64,000 bases of DNA from Trichodelitschia bisporula (taxonomy: Eukaryota). Numbering within the stretch: position 1 is the first letter of the stretch; each line of letters starts with the position of its first letter. The stretch spans positions 558,001-622,000 of the forward strand of contig ML996693.1 in assembly GCA_010356995.1 (NCBI GenBank). Reading direction: 5' to 3'. The translations under genes and the position numbers were made by a program. Under the pieces are notes generated by a model. It saw only the letters and a list, made by a program, of their open reading frames with translations, was not told the origin of the DNA and ran no database searches. This document shows positions 1-10,907 of the stretch, piece by piece.

Positions 1-1376
1 TCCCTCCGGACCAGCCTAGTTCCCGCTTTCAGTCGAGCTTTGGAAAACAATTCGTCTACAGCCTGGTTTCTCTCTCTCCTCCCCCTCTCTCTCCTCATAA
101 CCTTCTCTTCTCTCAGCGGGAGGAAAGCTCCGCCGGTGCTTCCCTTCTGTGAAGCAGGGACCCCTTCCCTCATCCTCGTACTCTTTGCTTTGATCCCTAT
201 TCCCTTGACGAACCGACCAACCTTACTCGTTCCTCGCCCGAACCTGGGAAGGCTTTCGGGTAAACGAAAGCAAAACAGCAAGAGGAAACACTTCTGTCGT
301 CCTCGCAACCAAACCTCCATACCCTGGCTACCTGTACCATCCTCGCCTTCACGCACTCTCACGCCTTCACACATTACGCCCCCATCCATCATCCTATCCA
401 TTCTCGCCTTTCTTCCCCCCTCCACCACCCCCGGAGCCTCGCGAACACCCCTCCCTCCTCCCCTCCTCTCTCCAACATACTCCCCGCTCCATCATTCATC
501 ATCCCTCCTTACAGCCCGCCACTCGTTCCCAAACTTTCTCTTAGCTCTTGCTCTCCCGCTTGAAGCTCTGAGCCTCCAACCGTCCCCCCCCCCCCCAGTT
601 AACTTCCGCCGTTAGCTTCCCACTCATCACCCCTCCCCCTTCCCCCCGCCCACGCGCGCCGCGTTCAGCTTTGTGGGAGAGATTCGGAGAAAGTACCAGG
701 GAAAGAGAAAAAAAATAAGACGAAACTAGAGCAGCCAACAGCTTCCTTCTCTGGCTACCCCTCCTCCAAAAACCCTTCCCCCCCTCCACGCCGTCGTCAC
801 CACCGCTCTACGCCAGTTTCCCCCCTCCTCCTTCTCATCCATGTTTGCTCCGTTAGTCGCCATGCAATGACCGCCAATCCGGTTGCAGCTACCAATTCCT
901 CGTGTCCTTTTCCTCCTGCTCGTCGACGATTACGCGACTGGGACTTCCGCGAGAATGAACTTTTTGTGGACACCCACGGTACGTCAATGACCCAAAAAAA
1001 TCAGATCCCGACTGCGTTGATGTATGCTGTGCTGCAAACGCGGCTGCAAAGACCTGCAGACCAGCTCCCGTCGCAGGATGCTCGGCGCGCCATAACTGGC
1101 CTGTCCGCATGCCTTGCTTAGGGCCTCCCGCTGTTGCTCGCATTCCTGCTGGTCTCTCCACCTGCATCTGCTTTTATCTCCGCCCGCCTTATTATCTTGA
1201 TCCATTATAACTGACTTATTCCGCTCCTGTCTCAATAGCTCTGCGCCTCTGCCACCGTTGTGGGTGTTTCTGCCGTCGGATTTGCCTTCGGACGTCAAGA
1301 TTACCACTCGCCCGTGAGCCACCCGAACACAGCGCCCACCAAGAGGAAACAGTCCTCGGAGCCAACCAGCCGCCTG

Positions 1377-4300
1377 ATGCCTCCCGATCCATCACAAGCG
1401 CAGCGGGCACGCACAGCACACGGTAGCAGCAGCAATGCTACGACGCCGTCACCCTCCGCCGATAATACATCGTCTCGCCCACCTAGTCGCCTTAGCAACG
1501 ATGGTCGCACGCGGACGCGCAAGGCTCGGAGAATGACGGTCGCGGACGCACCGGCACTAAAGAGGCAGGAAGTAGAGCGCGCAGAGGGTTCAGCGAGTGA
1601 AGACGTTACCTCCGAGTTTGGCGCCCGATTGACTCTCCGCACGCGTCCGTCCTGGATGAAGCGACTCTCCGCCATGTCCTCGAGAAGCACCAGCCCTTCG
1701 CCAAGCCCCCGGCCAGAGTCACCTGCAGTAGCAGCGTCCTTTACGTCCGCTGGTTTCTCCCAAAGCGGGTCGACGGTGCCCATGGTGGGGTCGCGTCCCT
1801 CGCCCTTGCCTCCTAACAAATTGGTGAAGAGGACATCGTCGCAGCGCATACCCTTTGAACCACCCCCAGGAGCAAGGCGGCCAACTCTGCGAAGACCAGC
1901 GACGAGCCACCAGCGATTGGGGAATTTGCACGCCCTTACACGCATCACCGATTATCACCATCCGGAAACTGTGGAGTCGGAGCCTGAGGACGCATTGAGG
2001 AGGTCTGAGCGTCATGAGACTCGGTGGCGTCAGTACTTTAACGTGAAGGTGTCGAGACGTGGTACGGTTACCAGGAAACGAAACTCTTCGGGTGACACAA
2101 AGGGAATCAGGCGGATTTTACCGGACAGCAGATATTTTCCGACACTCATAACGGCAAAGTCTGTACTCACCTCGTCTTTTGATGTCGAGGACTACTCTAG
2201 CTCGGACGTGGAGAGCATCTTGCCGGATAGCAGACCCCATTCGGCATTTGGCTTCGAGCACGTCGTGTTGATGTCGCGTGAAAGCGGCCCAACTTCTCCG
2301 CGGGATGTGCCCGGCAAGTCGAACGCAAACGGCGGGACGCAGGAGGGACACGAGGACAGCGCTCCCGCCCGACGGTCCTTTTCGTTCCACGACCTCCTCC
2401 CTCTTGGCTCACGTCGACCCTCATCGAGCAAAGGCAACAAACCCTTCAGACTCACGAGGAAAGCGGGCCGACGAGCACAGTCCGAACCGCTGGTAGCTTC
2501 CAGCCGAGATCCCAGTGCATCACCACCTGAGAATAAAGCGAAGAGACGAGACATCACCGATCCCGGCATCTTTCACATAGACATCCCACGTGCCCAAGGC
2601 GACAATGACGATGCCCGCAACACACACGAGCTGAATGCTTCGCTAGGACCTCTGCCAAGCCCGCCCTTGACGTTTGCTTCATCATTCCACTCAAAGTCTT
2701 CGCACCTAGAGGGGAACTCTCGACCGACATCTCGCCACGGCTACACGCTAGGCCCACTAACGCTTGATCAGATGTCGCACTCGCCCATCCTTCCGCAAGC
2801 GTCGTTACGCCCGTCCAACTACTCCACTGCACCATCAGAGCAGACCTCGACCCTTGTTGGTTCTGATACCGAAGCTCGCGGGGTCAATTCCGGTGACGAG
2901 AGCGACGTCGATTACGGTAGCGAAACCGTTTTTGATTCGATCAGAACTCGCGGTGCTAGGAGCACATCTGGCCCCCGCAAGCCCCGCATCGAATCTATCT
3001 TCGACGAAGCATCGACTGGTGCACGGGCCATGGGTTCCACGTTTCATGATGCGCAGCCCTCCGGGTTATTTTCTGATCCCGACATGGTGATTCGCAAGAG
3101 CCACGACATAATCGAAGAGGAGGAGAGTGTGGGGACCCCAGTTCGCACCGTTCGCTCTGACAGGGCTGACAACGGGTCGCCCACTGCGCGACGTGTCACA
3201 ACTAGGTCTCCCTTCCCACCGTCGCTGACCCTAACCACTTCCCAACCTGACATGCCGAAACCCCTCAGCCTTGGCACCCTCGAATACGACGATCCGCTGG
3301 TCGAGGAGGACGAAGAGAGCAGGTGGTCGTGCTTTGACGAACAGGAACACGACGGTCGATCTATTGAAGGCTCCGATGACGGCTGGGCTCGCATTACCGA
3401 AGGAGTTAGTACGCCTACGCGTTTGACGCCAAACCTCCTTCGCCTCCGATCATCCCTTTCGCACATGGCGACCACACCTCTACGCTCGGATCGTGACTCC
3501 GACAGTCGAGATAGCAGGAGGGAAACTCGGAGTCACCTTTTCGATTGGTCCGAACAACCAACCGAAAAGAGTCCTGGCAGCGGCTCTCCGCAACGTCCCA
3601 AGACGGTTCATGGCAAGAAAGACACCGATCGCGGCAGTCGTTCGGTGGGGCGTCGTGCTCCCAGCGGACTGCACGCGCGTAGCCAGAGCGTCCCGGTTGT
3701 TCCCGACATTGCGGGAAAGCGCGACACAGTCATCACAAACAAATTCGGCACATGGGGTGTGGGAAGCAAAGGCGTGAGCGAAGACTGGGACGATGACTTC
3801 GATTTCGGCGAGAAGGGAATGGGCCCCGTCGGTCCTCGCGATGAGAAACGCATCGACAGTGGCGTTGCTATGCACATTCCCCAAACGATCCGCGAGCGCC
3901 AGGCCAACGTTATGACGAACATCGGGCTTATTCGGGAGTTTGGGTTGCTAATCGAGGAGTTGAAGAGCCTCCGCCGTCACGCCGTCACACTCGGACTTCT
4001 CGAGCGCCCCGGGGCTAACGTTTGGGTCCAGATTGACTCTATGATTGATCTGGCGGATCAAGATGCTGAGGACCCTGTTGCTCCCAACAGCTCGCCTCCG
4101 AGCTCACCCATTCTCGATGATAGTTTCGATGAGCAGGCGGATGGGGCTGGCGAGTTTACTGTGCGAAAGGCTGGACGAATCACAGGCAGACACGACCCAA
4201 CACCCGGTGTGATACCGTCCAACGCACGCAACAGGAGGAAGTCCGTTCTACCAACCGATGACGTTTTCTCTGTGGATCACCCTCAGCCTTCCAAGGAAGT

Positions 4301-4763
4301 CACCAAGGAGAATGTCGCCCCGATTATTACCCGGCCCCGAAAAGATTCCGAGGCCATGGCCCGATCTGTGATTGAAGCCCTGCAGAAGCGCCGTGGCTTT
4401 TCAAGCTCGGAGATCTCCTTGCATCCCGCCGCGACCAGCAAGAATCCGGTTAAATTTGGCACCGACACTTTGCGCCACATTGTGCCTTATGTCAACAACC
4501 TCGTATACAAGGCCAAGGATCAAATCAGAGATGCTGAAGGCTTCGATCTCAGCCGGGAGCCAAGTCCCAAGCGTCCGGAACTGCATGATCCCGCTTTTAG
4601 CCAACAGCTATTCAAAACGCCAACCTCCGATTCCCCCTCCTCTCGCAAGGGTCGCCAATCTCGCTCCAGCAACAACGCACTCTCCCCACCTCCCGACGAT
4701 GGCTTGGGATTGCAGGGCATTGATGATATCACCGCACAAACGAAGTTGATGACGGTTATGTGA
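1377..4763 (+). CDS. Large Ser/Pro/Arg-rich hypothetical protein (~1130 aa) with an ordered-looking C-terminal block (EDWDDDFDF...IPQTIRERQANVMTNIGLIREFGLLIEELKSLR); function unknown
   Basis: Uninterrupted 3.5-kb ORF, open from 1239, first ATG at 1377. It has a long CT-rich leader upstream and T-rich 3' UTR-like sequence downstream. The true start is uncertain and an upstream exon is possible (GTACGT 979, CTGAC...TAG 1238). Confidence 0.85.
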   Translation: MPPDPSQAQRARTAHGSSSNATTPSPSADNTSSRPPSRLSNDGRTRTRKARRMTVADAPALKRQEVERAEGSASEDVTSEFGARLTLRTRPSWMKRLSAMSSRSTSPSPSPRPESPAVAASFTSAGFSQSGSTVPMVGSRPSPLPPNKLVKRTSSQRIPFEPPPGARRPTLRRPATSHQRLGNLHALTRITDYHHPETVESEPEDALRRSERHETRWRQYFNVKVSRRGTVTRKRNSSGDTKGIRRILPDSRYFPTLITAKSVLTSSFDVEDYSSSDVESILPDSRPHSAFGFEHVVLMSRESGPTSPRDVPGKSNANGGTQEGHEDSAPARRSFSFHDLLPLGSRRPSSSKGNKPFRLTRKAGRRAQSEPLVASSRDPSASPPENKAKRRDITDPGIFHIDIPRAQGDNDDARNTHELNASLGPLPSPPLTFASSFHSKSSHLEGNSRPTSRHGYTLGPLTLDQMSHSPILPQASLRPSNYSTAPSEQTSTLVGSDTEARGVNSGDESDVDYGSETVFDSIRTRGARSTSGPRKPRIESIFDEASTGARAMGSTFHDAQPSGLFSDPDMVIRKSHDIIEEEESVGTPVRTVRSDRADNGSPTARRVTTRSPFPPSLTLTTSQPDMPKPLSLGTLEYDDPLVEEDEESRWSCFDEQEHDGRSIEGSDDGWARITEGVSTPTRLTPNLLRLRSSLSHMATTPLRSDRDSDSRDSRRETRSHLFDWSEQPTEKSPGSGSPQRPKTVHGKKDTDRGSRSVGRRAPSGLHARSQSVPVVPDIAGKRDTVITNKFGTWGVGSKGVSEDWDDDFDFGEKGMGPVGPRDEKRIDSGVAMHIPQTIRERQANVMTNIGLIREFGLLIEELKSLRRHAVTLGLLERPGANVWVQIDSMIDLADQDAEDPVAPNSSPPSSPILDDSFDEQADGAGEFTVRKAGRITGRHDPTPGVIPSNARNRRKSVLPTDDVFSVDHPQPSKEVTKENVAPIITRPRKDSEAMARSVIEALQKRRGFSSSEISLHPAATSKNPVKFGTDTLRHIVPYVNNLVYKAKDQIRDAEGFDLSREPSPKRPELHDPAFSQQLFKTPTSDSPSSRKGRQSRSSNNALSPPPDDGLGLQGIDDITAQTKLMTVM

Positions 4764-6301
4764 AGGTCCTTTTCGGACTATGTGGATGTAATGTATTCCT
4801 CGTCCAGTTGTGGACGTTTTCTCGGGGGTGGTAGCATGACGCAGGCAACGCATAATGCATTCGGTACTTGCGCAGATTTTACTAGAGGGTGTTCTCTGTA
4901 CTTGTATTGGCATCGCGGCTTCTTCTTTTTCGAGGGGCATACGGCATTTTGAGCGATTAGCAGCATTGTTTTACCCTTTTCAGTTGTCGGGGCGGCGGGA
5001 GGAGCGACATTTGTCTTCGCAACGGGTCAATTCAGCATCGGCATGGAAACTAAAACAAGATTCTGCTGTGGTGGCCGTGGAGCCACTGTGCTAAAAGTGT
5101 CATTTTTTTCTTCGCTCTTCATGTTTGCGGCGGATCACGTCTATTCACATGCCCAAGAGCCTTTGGAGTTTGCAGCTTTTATTTTAGACGGGTTGACCTT
5201 GCTTTTGGGGGTTTGCAGGGCTTTGCTCGCTGGATTCTTTGGTTTTCTGGATGTACAAAATTATGGGACTTGGGTTTGTTTGGGAGGGTTTTCTTTGGGT
5301 GTGCACACTCTTCCCGATGTTCCCTCGGTTTGGGCAGTTGGCAGGCGAGAATTGCGTGGGCGTCGTGGGGTGATGGGAAGATCATATTGTAAGTATATAT
5401 TAGCTGCGGCATCACCTACAATGGCTTGTGATCGGATAGCTAGCTGTTCAAAAAGTGCAATCGGAACACGCAACACCGTCTTGGTATACATACAACCGGG
5501 TGTCATATTCCTATTGAAATGCAGCAGTGCTGTGATTGTCAGCGGTGAGCGACCTTCTTGCGCACAACTGCTGAGCTGATAATGAACAGTGAAACTCGGA
5601 GCACCGGGAGGGCCTTTGGATCTGGCTTCCTGAAGACAGCTTTCGGCTCGATATTGATGGCCCGTGCAGCAGAATTTCAGCCTTGCATGACTTATGGCAA
5701 GTCACGAGGTGCTGTTACCCGGCCGTGATGCCCATCACTTCTTACCCCGCCTCCCTTCACCCTAACCCACTTCCGCACCAACACCGCCGCTACGGCACCA
5801 GTCATTCTTGAAGGAAGTTATTGAACAGCGATCGACACGATCGAGATCGGTTAACTCTTCTCTGCGTCGGCTTCTGGACCCTTCTACGCCTTCCGGGTCC
5901 GTGCCAGATCTGGCCTCACCAGCAGCATCCGTACGGGATTTCCTACATGTCAACAGGCGTCCTAGTGACGGTCAGTCTCTGGCCTAGGTCAATCAAGATG
6001 GCCATCGTCCCGCTTCCGGTATCCGCTCGGCCAGGAAAAGGGCAGTCCATGCCTTGTCCTTAGGCAAGCATGACTCAGCATCGGATTGCCCGCATATCGG
6101 AACGAGAAGCCACGACCAAGCAGACGACCCCAGTGCTCGCTGTCCACTGCAATAACCGCTTTCCTGGTCCACTGTTCCCCTCATTCCTCCACCAAATAGC
6201 TCGAGAGGGTGGATATCCACGCCGACCAGTGTATTCGGGTCCGGCTTCGAACGCGGAACCCCAACCTAGTGTCTTCGGTCCAATGGACATTCCGAGAGGG
6301 C

Positions 6302-6308
6302 AAAAAAA
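6302..6308 (-). terminator. Pol III oligo-dT terminator of tRNA-Asp
   Basis: T7 run on the minus strand starting 4 nt past the tRNA 3' end. Confidence 0.85.
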
Positions 6309-6311
6309 TAA

Positions 6312-6383
6312 CTCTCCCGCCGGGAATCGAACCCGGGCCGTCCGCGTGACAAGCGGAAATCATGACCACTAGACTACGGAAGA
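6312..6383 (-). tRNA. tRNA-Asp (anticodon GTC), intronless
   Basis: The reverse complement TCTTCCGTAGTCTAGTGGTCATGATTTCCGCTTGTCACGCGGACGGCCCGGGTTCGATTCCCGGCGGGAGAG folds as a cloverleaf, with anticodon arm TCCGC-TTGTCAC-GCGGA and T loop GTTCGATTC. Confidence 0.97.
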
Positions 6384-6923
6384 TGGGCGAGCTGGGCTCG
6401 TCGTAGTGTGGTGAAAGACCGTTGCGGAGGGAGATTTATATACCGCTGGTGGTGGGACGCGGTTGCCACATGAGGCCGACAACCGAGTCGAGCATTCTTT
6501 CAACTATCTGGGCTGGAGTATATGATGCATCGAGAGCTGGGAACCAGCTTTACTTTAACTAAATAGGTGCTTGACTGCCTCAAATTTCGCATACGGAGCT
6601 CATCAAGGTGTTCAGGATGTTTGAACTCGACATTTAAGACGCAGCCCATCAGCTCGTGGACACTAACCAGTCACAAGTTGCGAGCAACACAGTCCCATGT
6701 CCAAGTGCTGGAGCATTGCTTTATACGTGGCTCCATGACGGTCGAGCCAGACCTTCATGCCGTCCGGATATTTGGCAGTCTTCAGAGAGGAGTGAAGTAG
6801 AGAGTAGTTCTAATCTAGACCCCAACCACCTCATTCATCACTCAGCTCCTGCTTGTGATCCAAGTTCAGCATATGCTCGGTTGCAGTACGAGCAGCGACT
6901 GGCCGCTCGGGTGGACGCCTTCA

Positions 6924-7207
6924 GTGTCCAAGGGCTCCCCGAAAAAAGTTATGTCACCCCTCTCCTAGCATTTGGCGGACGCTCCCGACAAATCCTCGAC
7001 ACGACTTTTTCGATTAGCCCTAGGTCCAGTGGGGGATGTTCGAGCGAGGCCGGGATGGTGTCCGTGTCCAAAGGCTACCCGAAAAAGTCATGCCCTCCCC
7101 CCACCAAATTTTGGCAGAGGGCTAATCGCTGGGGGTGACATGACTTTTTCGATGAGCCCTTCGTCCTTGAGGTAGATCTTGATAGCCATCATTAGATCCA
7201 CCTCAAG
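6924..7207. repeat. Duplicated ~100-bp unit (140-bp period), each copy with internal inverted repeats, plus an adjacent 42-nt hairpin
   Basis: GTGTCCAA(G/A)GGCT...CGAAAAAGT(T/C)ATG...GACTTTTTCGAT(T/G)AGCCCT at 6924 and 7064; hairpin CTTGAGGT...ACCTCAAG at 7166-7207. Confidence 0.85.
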
Positions 7208-7468
7208 CCGAATAGCACTAGAGGAGCAGACCAGAGCATCAAGGCATTGGAATCTCTCATTGAAGCATCACATCACGCTTATCGCCATGCGTCATATCCG
7301 GACTCCTCCTCCCACGGCCCCAAACAAGCATACGCAAAGAAATGACATGTTCCCCGTTCTCTATTGCAGTTGCATACCGCCGCGGGCCGCCACAGCCCGT
7401 ACTTTTGGTGTCGCTCCGCACAGAAAACGCCCTACAAGATTGCCTCTCCTCAGGTTGACTGTGACCGT

Positions 7469-8584
7469 CTACTCCTCGATAGACTTGATCTTCTCCCAGC
7501 CACCGCTCAACCGCTCCTTCCACAGGCTGACCTTGTTGTTGTTCGTGCTGATGGCGAGGACATTCCCGCTGAGGCTCCAGCTGACGCGCCACGCAGCGGC
7601 ATCAAACGGCAGGCTCGTCGACGTCCACTCGCCTACACAGTTAGCCCGGCCTAAATAGTCCGCCTATCTTCAATAGTCACTCACCTCCGGTCGATGTCCA
7701 AATTCGCACCGTCTTATCCTGGCTCGCACTCGCAATATAGCTCTTCGCCAGCACCGTCGGCGCCCAACTAACATCGCGAACCCAGTCCCCATGACCCTGG
7801 AGCTCATGCACCGCTGTCCAAGTCCCAGCATCCTGCTGCCACTCCCAAATCTTGACCAAGCAGTCACTACCACCCGTAACAAACCGGCGCGCCGCAGCGC
7901 CCGGGCCTCCAACCGCCACGCCCGCAGCCCCAGCCTGCACACCCGGCGCCCAGCTCACGCTATTAACGCCCATGCCATGCGCGGGGAAGTGCGCGATGAC
8001 ACTCCACCCGCCCGCCGCATCCTTGGCCTCGAGCACGCTGACCGTGCCGTCGGACGACGCGCACGCGAGCAGGCAGCCCGCCTCGTGCGGGGCCCAGGCG
8101 ACGAGGTTCACGGATGCGGTGTGGAGTGCGTGCTCGTAGGCGCGGGCCCATTGTCCCGGCGCGGTTTCGTTCCAGATGAAGACGCGGCCGTCGAAGGCGG
8201 CGGAGGCGAGGAGGGTGCCGTGTTTGGGGTGCGCCCAGGAGAGGGACCAGATCGGGGAGTCGTGGCTGGGGGTTGATGTTAGTGGGTGTTGATTGGGAGG
8301 GGGGGTTGGGGGGGTGTGTCTACCCGCGGAGAGTCTCAGTCAGACGTTGTGTTTCGCCTTCGACTTCGAAGATCTTGATTGTCTTGTCTGAGGAGCAGGT
8401 GGCGAGGCGCCGGCCGTAGTAATCGAGGACTGCGTCGTGCTGGAGCTGGTTAGCTGGGCGGGGGGCGTGTTTGGGGGAGGAGACTGACGATCATGTCGTC
8501 GTGGGCGGAATTGGAAGTTGATTGCGCCTGGCGGGGACGTTAGTAGATAGACTAGCTGATCAAAAGCAGTAGAGGATGTACCAT
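7469..8584 (-). CDS. SEC13: Sec13, WD40 component of the COPII coat and nuclear pore; multi-exon
   Basis: Spliced translation [38 protein letters not shown]...[13 protein letters not shown]...[13 protein letters not shown]...[16 protein letters not shown]. The first coding exon is only ATG (intron 8528-8581). Confidence 0.96.
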
Positions 8585-8790
8585 GGTGGGTGTGAAGCTC
8601 TGGCGCAGCTTCCGGTTGTGCAACTCGAGGATATCTTGTTGTCTTGCACTGATGTCCGGGGTAAACTGTGGCCTTAATCCCGGTCTTGTGTCGATGCCTG
8701 ATTATATGTTTGGTGCCTGGACGCCTTGGATACGTCAATAATGCCTTGCCGCTTGGCAAACGGAGGCTCAGGTTTTGCCGGAATCCGGCG

Positions 8791-8796
8791 CCTCGG
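8791..8796 (+). promoter_or_regulatory. CCTCGG FarA/Ctf1-type fatty-acid response element upstream of PEX20
   Basis: Exact CCTCGG about 165 bp upstream of the peroxin ATG. This motif is known upstream of peroxisomal genes in filamentous ascomycetes, but a 6-mer can occur by chance. Confidence 0.45.
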
Positions 8797-8956
8797 TCCC
8801 GCATCTCGGCCCGCCGCAATGATGGGGGCAAGGGCAAGAAACGGATGAAAGTCACATGCGCCGTGAAGCCGCTCTCTAATCATCCCTCGTATATTCGACA
8901 TCCAACCTGTCCTCTCGCCCACACCGTCTCTACACACCCTCTCACACATCCTCACC

Positions 8957-10198
8957 ATGGCAGACGCTCTCTGCGGGCCCTCCAACGCCCTCCAAAACTT
9001 CCAAAAGCACGCCCAGGTCGACCGCACCCTCCAACAAGACCGACTCACCCTCCGCCACTCCTCCTCACAGGTAACCCACCCACCCGCCGTGCGACGTAAA
9101 CCGCTGACCCAAAGCAGGGCTTCCGCTCCCAATCCCAAGCCACCGGCCTCCTCGACCCCGAATTCGAAGCCTTCCAGTCCGGCCTCCCCGCCGCAGGCCC
9201 CGCACCCGTTCTTGAACAACATCCCCTCCAGCGCTTCCCCGGTCCCGCACATCACGCTCCTTTCCATCCTGCGGCGACACCAGCGGCTGCGCTGCCGGAC
9301 TGGGCTTCGGATTTCCAGCGACTGCATATTGCGTCACCACCCGCTGTGCAACAACAAGCGCCTCATATCGCGCATCCGCAGCCGCAGTCGCAGTCGCAAT
9401 GGCATCGCGACTTCCTGCAGAGCCAGGCTAGCATGGCACCCATGGCGCCTGTGCAACAGCCATTCCAGCCTTACATGAGTGGAGCGCTGAGCGGTCCGAG
9501 TTGGGCTTCACAACCATATGCTGCCGAGGCGTCATATGCGCCCATGGTCCAAGAACAGGCTCCGCAAGCAGTGGGGGAGACTTTCGACGCTGTTGCTTTT
9601 GAAGCCGCGTTTGAGGCTGCGCAGGAAGACGCCCTGGCTTTCGAGGAGGAATTCCAGGCGTTCACGGCGCCGGCACGAGATACTCAAGCCTCGACGACGA
9701 ATCACCTGACAGGGCTGGACACGATGGAGGACCAGGTGTTTGGGCATGATCCTGCACTGGCGGAATACCTGGACGTGTTACACGCCGAACCAGCAATCGT
9801 GGTGCGCGAGGAGGAACAGCAGGGAGAAACAAAGGAGACGGAGAAGCCGAGCGAGGAAGACGATCTAGCACGCACGGCAGGGCAATTGCTCGACAGTGTA
9901 TCGCACGAGACGAACACCAAGTTTCAGGAAAGCGTGTTTTTGCAACTCATGCGGCGGATACGAGATCGAGAGGTTCGGGTTGAGGGGGAGAATTTTGTCG
10001 AGGTTGGTACCTCAGGGTGATTTGGTCTGGAGGAGCAAGTGTATTGATAACTTGGCGCAGACGAGTGCAAGCACAACCACGACGACGATGGCGGCGCCTG
10101 TGGCCGTTGGGTCTACCGATGCGGACCTTGGGGCGTTTACCCCGCCGCCGCCGGCGGCAGCGGTGCAAGAGCAGCGACGAGATACTGGTGAGTCTTAG
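8957..10198 (+). CDS. PEX20: Peroxin 20 (PTS2 co-receptor)
   Basis: N-terminus MADALCGPSNALQNFQKH with the conserved Cys, WxxxF motifs (WASDF, WHRDF) and a C-terminal Pex7-binding segment FQESVFLQLMRRIRDREVRVEG. Introns 9071-9117 and 10003-10060 keep the frame. A further exon ending at 10539 is possible. Confidence 0.9.
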
Positions 10199-10866
10199 CG
10201 GCGACGTATCATCTCCCTTCGTGGCTTCTGGCACTCCTTTTTTTTGCGGGGGAAAAGGGCATTGATTCACGTGGGATGACAAACCCACCTATTCCCCATG
10301 TTGGCTTTAGACACTACGGATATGGCGTTTTTGGAGAACTTGGCGGGTTCGGGAAATTGTGGAATTGTGTGTGCGGTTAAAAGAAGAGCTGTTTTGGCTT
10401 TGATGCGGGAAAACGAATACTAAGACTAGATCGTTTTGCTCTCTCAGAACCAGTAGCGGTCCCGTCCAGGCCCCTTACCCCAGAGATCGACCCACCGGCG
10501 CCGACGCTGGCGGCGTGGAGGCGCCGGCTGCTGGGATAACCTTATCCCTCGGGCGGGGGGAACGGGGGTTGCGGAGGACGCCCCGCATTGCAACGTCATT
10601 TGTACAGTATCCACTCGGGACGGGGACGACAAGTTACGCACATACTCACGGCCGCACGCGCTTTGTACATTTTCGATTTCTTCGCTTCTTGTACGATTTT
10701 ACCCTTCTTGACGGATTCTCGGGTCGGAACGGAACGGGCCGCTAAGGGAAGAGAACGGAGGCTGATTTGGGAGCGCTTTGGACAGGCTATCCGGGGAATG
10801 GGGCGTCGTTGGCGGCGGGGTGTTATTTCCAGCGGGATGGGAGGGCGGTTCGTATGGGGAAGTGGG

Positions 10867-10907
10867 GATTTGTGTAAGAGTAGGATTTGTGTAAGAGTAG
10901 GATTTGG
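10867..10907. repeat. 17-bp tandem repeat GGATTTGTGTAAGAGTA, ~2.4 copies
   Basis: Read directly from the sequence. Confidence 0.85.

Noticed and set aside
40..615. 191-aa ORF in CT-rich sequence
   Set aside because: TTG start and low-complexity Pro/Ser/Leu content; better explained as the pyrimidine-rich leader of the downstream gene.
867..1238. Upstream coding exon for the 1377-4763 gene via intron 979-1238
   Set aside because: The ATG at 867 joins out of frame, and the in-phase ATGs at 841 and 862 hit a stop at 868. At most a uORF.
5600..6300. Ser/Arg-rich protein-like reading with scattered stops, a possible decayed gene
   Set aside because: No recognisable family motif and no consistent start; cannot be supported without BLASTX.
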